Positions 56,755 to 64,000 of a stretch of 64,000 nucleotides of DNA are shown here, piece after piece (within the stretch, counting starts at the first letter, position 1; the number at the start of each line of letters is the position of its first letter). The stretch is from an uncultured Actinomycetes bacterium (GTDB lineage Bacteria; Actinomycetota; Acidimicrobiia; Acidimicrobiales; Ilumatobacteraceae). The stretch is from contig CAWHEG010000027.1 of NCBI GenBank assembly GCA_963828405.1, forward strand, positions 839 to 64,838. The letters are read 5' to 3'. The notes under the pieces were generated by a model. The model searched no databases and was not told the DNA's origin. It saw nothing but the letters and a program-made list of their open reading frames with translations. Both the position numbers and the translations under genes were made by a program.

Positions 56755-59700
56755 GTGAGCAGGCACATCAGCTACCTGGTTGTTCGCGGCTGCGGTCGTC
56801 GCTGCCGAGGTGGTCACCGGTGTCGTTGCGGCGCCCGCTCCGGCGGCGGCCGCTCCGACGTTGACCTACGTCCGCAACATCCAGACGCGCCCGTTCATCG
56901 GGACGTCGATATCGATGAAGGACAACGAGGGCCTGGCGTATGTTCCGGCCAACAACACGCTGTGGACGCTCGACGACAGCAGGGACTACGCCTACGCCGT
57001 CGACAAGGACACCGGCATCCTCGGCCAGGTGATCACGCCGACGAACTTCCAGACGGCCAACAAGTTCGCCGGGACCGAATTGGCCGGCTCGAACCGCGCC
57101 GGGGATCTCGAGGCTGCGGCGTACGACGAACCCAACGATCTGCTGTACATCTTCAGCGGCAGCTGCTGCACCTCGTCGGCGAGGCCGACGGTGTTCCGCC
57201 TCAGCCGCGCCAGTCGGACGGCGGCGTTCGTCGTCGATTCCTGGCAGCCGCTCAACGCCCCGTACAACGACCTGTCCGGGGCCGGATCGCGCGGCTCGGA
57301 GATCTGGGCGGGCTACCTGAAGGTGGTGTTCCACTACGACTATCTGACCAACTCGGCGACCTCGGCGCGCACGGTGCCCGGGCTGAGCGGTGTCCTCGGC
57401 CTCGGCTTCGCCAACGGCGGCAACGACATGTGGGTCGCCGACAAGGGCGACCGCGTGAAGAAGTACGACTTCGCCTCCAACACACTGGTCCCCGGTTACG
57501 ACTTCTCGATGTCCGGCCTCGGCGTGAAGGACGCCCGGGCCGTGGAGGTCGTCGGCAACGAGGTCTTCGTGTCCGACGGTTACGACTACTACGGCTCGGT
57601 GACGTCGGCCTTCGGCATCCGTGTGTACAGCCTGAATGGCGCCACGGTCGCTGCGCCCGTCGCTTCGTTCACCAAGAGCGCCTCATCGGGAACGGCGCCG
57701 CTGACGGTGACCTTCACCGACACCTCCACCAACACGCCGACGTCGTGGAACTGGAACTTCGGTGACGGTACCACGTCGACGTTGCGCAGCCCGTCGCACC
57801 AGTACACGACCACCGGGACGTTCAACGTCACCCTGACGGCCACGAACGCGGGTGGGAGCAACACCTCGACGCCCCAGAGCGTGGTGGTGACGCCGCCGCC
57901 GCCTGTGGCGTCGTTCACCAAGAGCGCCTCGTCCGGGGCGGTGCCGCTGACGGTGACGTTCACGGACACCTCGACGAACACGCCGACGTCGTGGAGCTGG
58001 AACTTCGGTGACGGTTCGACGTCGACGGTGCGCAACCCGTCGCACCAGTACACGACCACCGGGACGTTCAACGTCACCTTGACGGCCACGAACGCCGGGG
58101 GGAGCAACACCGCGACTGCACAGGCTGTCACGGTCGACCCGGCGCCGCTGGCACCGGTGGCGTCGTTCACCAAGAGCGCCTCGTCCGGGGCGGTGCCGTT
58201 GTCGGTGACGTTCACCGACACGTCGACGAACACGCCGACGTCGTGGAGTTGGGACTTCGGCGACGGGGGCAGCTCGACGGACCGGAACCCGTCGCACGAG
58301 TACACCGGGCCGGGAACGTTCACTGTGGTGCTCACGGCGACCAACGCGCAGGGCAGCAGTTCGGCGACGCAGACGGTGACGGTCGCCACGGCGCCGGTCG
58401 CCTCGTTCACGATGTCGACGGCGTCGGGGCAGGCGCCCCTGACGGTGACGTTCACGGACACCTCGACGAACACGCCGACGTCGTGGAGCTGGAACTTCGG
58501 TGACGGGTCGACGTCGACGGTGCGCAACCCGTCGCACCAGTACACGACCACCGGGACGTTCAACGTCACCTTGACGGCCACGAACGCCGGGGGGAGCAAC
58601 ACCGCGACTGCACAAGCTGTCACGGTCAACCCGGCGCCGCTGGCACCGGTGGCGTCGTTCACCAAGAGCGCCTCGTCCGGGGCGGTGCCGTTGACGGTGA
58701 CGTTCACCGACACGTCGGCGAACACGCCGACCTCGTGGAGTTGGGACTTCGGCGACGGGGGCAGCTCGACGAACCGGAACCCGTCGCACGAGTACACCGG
58801 GCCGGGAACGTTCACGTGGTGCTCACGGCGACCAACGCGCAGGGCAGCAGTTCGGCGACGCAGACGGTGACGGTCGCCACGGCGCCGGTCGCCTCGTTCA
58901 CGATGTCGACGGCGTCGGGGCAGGCGCCGTTGACGGTGACGTTCACCGACACCTCGACGAACACGCCCACCTCGTGGAGCTGGGACTTCGGCGACGGCGG
59001 CACGTCGACGAGCCGGAACCCCTCGCACCAGTACACGACACCGGGGACCTACTCGGTGACGCTGACCGTCACGAACGGCGGCGGGAGCGACACGTCGGCG
59101 TCGCAGTCCGTCGAGGTCACGCCACCGCCGGCCCCGGTGGCGTCGTTCACGAAGTCGACGGCGTCGGGGGCAGCCCCGCTGACCGTGACGTTCACGGACA
59201 CCTCGACGAACTCGCCGACGTCGTGGAGCTGGGACTTCGGCGACGGCACGAGCTCGACGGCCCAGAACCCGTCGCACCAGTACACGGTCGAGGGCACGTT
59301 CGACGTCACCCTCACCGCGACGAACGCCGGCGGGAGCGACACGTCGGCCTCGCAGTCCGTCGAGGTCACGCCGCCGCTGGCCCCGGTGGCGTCGTTCACG
59401 AAGTCGACCGCGTCGGGGGCGGCCCCGCTGACCGTGACGTTCACCGACACCTCGACGAACTCGCCGACCTCGTGGAGCTGGGACTTCGGAGACGGTTCGA
59501 GCTCGACGGCGCAGAACCCGTCGCACCAGTACCTGAGCGCAGCGACGTTCACGGTGACCCTGACCGCCACCAACTCCGGGGGGAGCACCTCGGTCAGTCA
59601 GGACGTCACGGTCAGCCCATCGGCCGCCCAGACGGTCACCGCCCTGGCGTCCGAGGACGCCTACGTGACCCAGGCCTCGCCGACGACCACCCATCCGACG

Positions 59701-60096
59701 GGGAGTCAGATCTACAACACCGCCTCGACGACCGCCGCGCTGCGCGGCTACGTCAAGTTCGCGGTGGCGGGTCTGACGGGGACGGTGACGAGCGCCACGC
59801 TGCGGGTGTGGGTGACCGACGGCACCGACAACGGCTGCGCCTGGTGGCTCGTGTCCAACGCCTGGACCGAGTCGGCGGTCACCTGGCAGAACGGGCCTCA
59901 GCCGACCACCGGGGTGCTGGTCGCCGACCCTGCGGGGCCCACGGTGGCCGGGACGTGGCTCGAGTTCGACGTCACCGCCCAGGTCACCGGGAACGGCACG
60001 TTCAGCTTCGCCACGCTGCCGACGTCGACCAACTCCGAGAAGTTCTCCACCCGCGAAGGGGTCAACCCGGCCCAGCTGGTGATCACCACCGGCTGA
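56755..60096 (+). pseudogene. Paralogous giant secreted protein: beta-propeller-like N-domain, 8 PKD domains and 1 DNRLRE module; 1-nt deletion at 58815/58816 and a probable second indel near 56780
   Basis: 58811-58820 reads ttcac-gtggt, whereas the paralogous 58318-58328 reads ttcactgtggt. Restoring the T joins ORFs 56780-58870 and 58735-60096. GTG 56755 has GGGAGGG 5 nt upstream and encodes VSRHISYLV in frame 1, but the body (FAAAVVAAEVV...) is in frame 2. Removing one t from ctggttgttc would give a normal signal peptide. Confidence 0.8.
57946..58928. repeat. Tandem duplication of a ~492-bp block (two PKD units)
   Basis: 57946-58437 and 58438-58928 differ by about seven substitutions plus the single-base deletion (counted by eye). 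Confidence 0.88.
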
Positions 60097-60124
60097 TCGG
60101 CGGGCCGGGTGCGAGCCCCGGCCG

Positions 60125-60835
60125 CTACAGGATCCGGGCGACGAGTCCGGCCAGCTGCCCGGCGTCCAGCTCGCCGTCGTTGGTCATCGCCACTCGCCGG
60201 ACATCGATCGACGAGCGGGCGCGGTCGATCCACGCCGCCTCGATCTCGTCGAGCTCCTGATCATGACGAACGAGCTCGGCCAGCCGATCCACCTCGGTCA
60301 GGCCTTCGACGCGACTGTGATGGGAATCGCGGGTGCGCAGCCGCGTCGCGTTGGTCTCGATCGCCGCCGAGACCCGGACGATCACATCCGGCCCGAGCCG
60401 CCGGGGACCGGGGGCCGCCGCATCGAGACAGCACCGCCAGTCACCCCGGAAACCGACGGAGCAGAGCTGCTGGACGACGCCCTGGTCGAAGAGCTGGATG
60501 CCGCCGAACCGGCGGGCCGAGCGCATCAGGCCGCGCACCACCAGCCAGTTCTGGACGAGCATCACCAGGTCCCTCGGGGACTGGCCCGACCTGCCGACCG
60601 CCCGGGCGACGCGGGCGGTGCCGATCGGTGAGCGCAACGCCTCGGTGGCCGCCACCGCGAGCTTGCGGACGGCCCGTGAACGGGTCGGCAACGTCGCCGC
60701 CACCCGACGCAGTCCGTCGTGGGCGTCGTGCCCGTCGGCCTGCAGGGCGGCCAGCAATCGCTCGTTGATGTAGGACTTGCCGACGCCGGGGGCCCCGCAG
60801 AACTCGACGATCAGACTCTCGGGGACGCGCGCCAC
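60125..60835 (-). CDS. P-loop NTPase/kinase-like protein of unknown function
   Basis: Walker A is [11 protein letters not shown], at residue ~12. The start is GTG 60835. I recognised no other motif. Confidence 0.7.
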   Translation of the reverse strand: MARVPESLIVEFCGAPGVGKSYINERLLAALQADGHDAHDGLRRVAATLPTRSRAVRKLAVAATEALRSPIGTARVARAVGRSGQSPRDLVMLVQNWLVVRGLMRSARRFGGIQLFDQGVVQQLCSVGFRGDWRCCLDAAAPGPRRLGPDVIVRVSAAIETNATRLRTRDSHHSRVEGLTEVDRLAELVRHDQELDEIEAAWIDRARSSIDVRRVAMTNDGELDAGQLAGLVARIL

Positions 60836-60945
60836 GACCGGACATCGTAGATGGCGGGCCGCCGCAGCCGTCCCCGCCCCCGACCGGGGAGGTGCGGCGC
60901 GATGGGCTTCGACCCCGGGCCGGAGTCGTGTGCGAGCATGGGAGG

Positions 60946-62280
60946 ATGACCGACAGCTTCTTCTCCGCCGTCACCGCACCGATCCGCTACGAGGGACCGG
61001 AATCGGACAACCCGCTGGCGTTCCGCTGGTACGACGCCGACCGCGTCGTCGCCGGCCGCCGGATGGCCGATCATCTTCGTTTCGCCGTGTGCTACTGGCA
61101 TTCGTTCACGTGGAGCGGCTACGACATCTTCGGGGCGCCGACACTGGATCGACCCTGGCTCGACCCGAACGGCGATCCGATGGAGCACGCCCGCACGAAG
61201 ATGGAGGCGGCCTTCGAGTTCTTCTCCAAGCTGGGGTCGCCGTTCTACTGCTTCCACGACCGCGACATCGCCCCCGAGGGCGCCACCTTCGCCGAGTCGT
61301 GCCGCAACCTCGACGCGATGGTCGACGAGGCCGCGGCCCACCAGGAGCGCACCGGCGTGCGACTCCTCTGGGGGACGGCCAACCTGTTCTCGAACCCCCG
61401 CTTCATGGCCGGCGCGGCGACGAACCCCGATCCCGACGTGTTCGCCTACGCCGCGGCCCAGGTGGCCCACTGCCTGGAGGCGACGCATCGCCTCGGCGGG
61501 GCCAACTACGTCCTGTGGGGTGGCCGCGAGGGGTACGAGACGCTGCTCAACACCGATCTGCACCGCGAGCTCGACCAGCTCGGACGCTTCTTCCAGATGG
61601 TCGTCGAGCACAAGCACGCCATCGGCTTCGAGGGCGCGATCCTCATCGAGCCCAAGCCGTTCGAGCCGACGAAGCACCAGTACGACTACGACGTCAGCGC
61701 CGTGCACGCCTTCCTCCAGCGCTACGGCCTGGAGGACGAGGTGAAGGTCAACATCGAGGTCAACCATGCCACGTTGTCGGGCCACGACTTCGCCCACGAG
61801 GTGGCGATGGCGGTCAGCGCCGGGATCTTCGGCTCGATCGATGCCAACGCCGGCGACGACCGTCTCGGCTGGGACGTCGACCGCTTCCCGGTCTCGGTGG
61901 AGCAGATGTCGCTGGGGATGTACGAGATCCTCAAGGGCGGCGGTTTCACCACGGGGGGGCTCAACTTCGACTCCAAGCTGCGGCGCCAGTCGATCGACCG
62001 TTCCGACCTGTTCCACGCCCACATCGGCGGGATGGACACCATGGCCCGCTCGCTGCTCGTGGCCAGCGCGATGCTCGAGGACGGCGCCCTGGAGTCCCTC
62101 CGCGCCGCCCGTTACGCCCGTTGGGACGAGGCCGCCGGCAAGGCGGTCCTCGCCGGCGAGCGGACCCTCGCCGAACTGCACGACGAGCACCTGGCCGGGG
62201 CCCCCGAGCCTCGTCCGGTGACCGGCGCCCAGGAGCGACTGGAGAACCTGGTGGCCCGCTACATCGAACGTGCCCGCTGA
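60946..62280 (+). CDS. xylA: Xylose isomerase (class II)
   Basis: [46 protein letters not shown] start it at ATG 60946 (MTDSFF). Confidence 0.95.
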   Translation: MTDSFFSAVTAPIRYEGPESDNPLAFRWYDADRVVAGRRMADHLRFAVCYWHSFTWSGYDIFGAPTLDRPWLDPNGDPMEHARTKMEAAFEFFSKLGSPFYCFHDRDIAPEGATFAESCRNLDAMVDEAAAHQERTGVRLLWGTANLFSNPRFMAGAATNPDPDVFAYAAAQVAHCLEATHRLGGANYVLWGGREGYETLLNTDLHRELDQLGRFFQMVVEHKHAIGFEGAILIEPKPFEPTKHQYDYDVSAVHAFLQRYGLEDEVKVNIEVNHATLSGHDFAHEVAMAVSAGIFGSIDANAGDDRLGWDVDRFPVSVEQMSLGMYEILKGGGFTTGGLNFDSKLRRQSIDRSDLFHAHIGGMDTMARSLLVASAMLEDGALESLRAARYARWDEAAGKAVLAGERTLAELHDEHLAGAPEPRPVTGAQERLENLVARYIERAR

Positions 62281-62315
62281 CCGCTGCGGCGCCGACTCGC
62301 CGACGCTGCGCCTGC

Positions 62316-63863
62316 TCACAGGTTCGGTGGGAGCAACCGGTTGACGTTCTCGAAGAAGAAGTAGAGCACGACGACGAACGGGCCGAAGCCGACCAGGACG
62401 CCGACCCAGTTGCGCCGCACCCTGACCGAGAGACGCCAGGCGAGCAGCGCCACGATCGACAGGATCGACCCCCACACGGCGACCTGTGGCCAGGCGTCGG
62501 GGTCGGAGAACCAACCGGCCGACAGGGCGTCGACCGACTCGTCGAAGCCCGCACTTGCCGCATCGTCGTCACCGCCGTCGACGGGGGCGGTCGTCACCGG
62601 GGCCTCCCCGCTCTCGACGATGGTGTCGACCGGCGCGCCGCCGTTTGGAGTCGTCGCCGGCGCGCCGTCTGGAGTCGTCGACGGCGGGGCGCCTTCTGCG
62701 GGCAATGAGTCGAGCGGAGCCTCGACGGCAGCCACCGCGGCCGGCGCGCTCGGGTCGACGTAGTTCGACGTCGGCGCCCCGAGCGGGCTCGACGCCGTCT
62801 CGTCGAGATCGGCGGTGACGACGATGCGCTGCTTGGCCGAGTACTTGGGCGTGCACGAGGTGAGGGTGAGCATCTTCTTGTCGGGCTGGTTGGCGACGAC
62901 CTGTCCGTCGGACGGTTTGACGACCTGCTGGCCGGTCATCCGGTACACGTATCGGCCCTGGAGCGTCGTCACGATGATCTCGTCGCCGGGTTTCACCTTG
63001 TCGATGTTGATGAACGGTTGGCCGTTGGTGGTGCGGTGCCCGGCGAGCGCCGCGTTGCCGGGCTGACCGGGCATCGGCGAGGCCGGGAAGTGACCGACCC
63101 CCTTCTGCAGGTCTTCGGTGCGCACGCCGGCGACGATCACCTCCCGCACCCCGATCGACGGGATCTCGAGGAAGGCGATCGGATCGCCGAGTCCGATGGC
63201 GGGCAGGGCGGGCGCGGCGACGGGGTCGGGTGCGACGACAAGCGGGTCGGTGGTCGGTGGTGTGCTCGTCGCCGGCTGGCTGTCGCCGGTGGCCGGGACG
63301 GTGGTCGGCGCCGCGGCGGGCGACCCGGGGACGAGGGTGATGACGGCCGACGGCGGCGGCAGTGGCGCCGGTGCCCGGGCCAACAGCGCTTCGAACTCGC
63401 TCTTCAGCTTGTTCTGGTGCTGGGCGTGTTGAATGCCCGTCCCCCACAGCTGGTAGGCGACGAAGGCGAAGATCAACAGCCCGAGCGAGATCAGGATGCG
63501 CCCGAGCCCGCCCACGTACCAGCGCCAGTCGCGGGGGTGCTTGACCGGAGCGGGTCGCTCGAGGCGTCGGCGGCTCCTCGCCGCGGCCCTGACCGCCCGG
63601 CGATCGCCGCGCGACGCCCGAACCGCGGTCGGCGGGGGCGCGGCCGGTTCGAACGGGGCCGTCGCGGCCGGGATGGACGCTGCCGGGGGCGCCAGCGGGG
63701 CGGGTGCGCCGACCGGGGGCGCCAGCGGGGCGGGTGGGCCGACCGGGGGCGCGAACCAGGGGGGGCCTTGGGTGTCGACGCCGGTCACAGGACCCCAGGA
63801 TACGGTGAACGGTGCGTTCGGTGGCCGCGCCGGGCCCCGATCGCCTACGGTCGCGGCGTCCAT
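62316..63863 (-). CDS. Class E-like sortase with a long C-terminal extension and extra TM segments
   Basis: There is an N-terminal TM segment (LGRILISLGLLIFAFVAYQLW). Also present: AGHRTTNGQPF and the TLTSC catalytic Cys motif. The C-terminus is Pro/Ala-rich plus hydrophobic (WGSILSIVALLAW...VLVGFGPFVVVLYFFF). The start is uncertain, because ATG 63863 overlaps the divergent ABC start. Confidence 0.8.
   Translation of the reverse strand: MDAATVGDRGPARPPNAPFTVSWGPVTGVDTQGPPWFAPPVGPPAPLAPPVGAPAPLAPPAASIPAATAPFEPAAPPPTAVRASRGDRRAVRAAARSRRRLERPAPVKHPRDWRWYVGGLGRILISLGLLIFAFVAYQLWGTGIQHAQHQNKLKSEFEALLARAPAPLPPPSAVITLVPGSPAAAPTTVPATGDSQPATSTPPTTDPLVVAPDPVAAPALPAIGLGDPIAFLEIPSIGVREVIVAGVRTEDLQKGVGHFPASPMPGQPGNAALAGHRTTNGQPFINIDKVKPGDEIIVTTLQGRYVYRMTGQQVVKPSDGQVVANQPDKKMLTLTSCTPKYSAKQRIVVTADLDETASSPLGAPTSNYVDPSAPAAVAAVEAPLDSLPAEGAPPSTTPDGAPATTPNGGAPVDTIVESGEAPVTTAPVDGGDDDAASAGFDESVDALSAGWFSDPDAWPQVAVWGSILSIVALLAWRLSVRVRRNWVGVLVGFGPFVVVLYFFFENVNRLLPPNL
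63691..63750. repeat. 30-bp tandem repeat x2 in the sortase 5' region
   Basis: gccagcggggcgggtgCgccgaccgggggc and gccagcggggcgggtgGgccgaccgggggc encode PPVG(A/P)PAPLA x2 on the minus strand. Confidence 0.85.
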
Positions 63864-64000
63864 GGCAGCCGTCGTCGAACTCCGTGATGCCGTCGTCGTG
63901 CTCGGCTCGTTCCCGGCGCTGGCCGGGGCGACGCTCACCGTCGAACGGGGCGCCGTCGTGCTGCTCGAGGGGCCCAACGGTGCGGGGAAGACCACGCTGC
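63862..64000 (+). CDS. ABC transporter ATP-binding protein, 5' part (continues beyond the window)
   Basis: MAAVVELRDAVVVLGSFPALAGATLTVERGAVVLLEGPNGAGKTTL. A Walker A motif is present. Confidence 0.8.
   Translation, partial: MAAVVELRDAVVVLGSFPALAGATLTVERGAVVLLEGPNGAGKTTL

Noticed and set aside
51760-59694. Regularly spaced repeats might have been a CRISPR array. Long minus-strand ORFs (51760-54678, 972 aa; 57589-59694, 701 aa) also lie across the PKD region.
   Set aside because: The periodicity is 250-265 bp with no short conserved repeat/unique spacer alternation. The repeats encode PKD domains in the plus frame. The antisense ORFs are Arg-rich shadows.

Overview
This is a high-GC (~70%) Actinomycetota-type chromosomal window. 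I recognised no rRNA, tRNA, CRISPR, transposase or integrase genes. From left to right it contains: (1) a ~2.5 kb low-GC (~50%) islet at the left edge, holding a P-loop NTPase that runs off the window, convergent with a TIR/DUF4062-like protein; (2) a cupin gene, a GT4 glycosyltransferase, a DHFR-family gene and a pile-up of three type II toxin-antitoxin modules (RHH plus toxin fragment, MazEF-like, YefM/YoeB). These are bracketed by direct copies of a glycosyltransferase 5' end, which suggests serial insertion at one site; (3) a MacB-type ABC exporter flanked by two adaptor proteins carrying peptidoglycan-binding domains; (4) an aldo/keto reductase, a SnoaL / dual-HD-LuxR regulator / SnoaL module, a frameshifted DUF4143 AAA ATPase, a second DHFR-family gene and a methyltransferase; (5) a ~40 kb composite Wzx/Wzy-type glycan locus (20.9-60.1 kb). 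It has three BY-kinase paralogs, an LMW-PTP, two phosphoglycosyl transferases, two DegT aminotransferases, a CapD dehydratase, a NeuD acetyltransferase, an NDP-sugar dehydrogenase, an AsnB-type amidotransferase, three polymerase/ligase-like membrane proteins, a flippase, an NTase-kinase fusion and two giant PKD/DNRLRE secreted proteins; (6) xylA, a class E sortase and the start of an ABC ATPase. Recurrent themes are at least five (possibly seven) single-nucleotide frame disruptions, two of them provable from internal paralogous repeats; strong inverted repeats; a PHO-box-like triple direct repeat; and a 10-12 nt motif that recurs upstream of several operons of the glycan locus.
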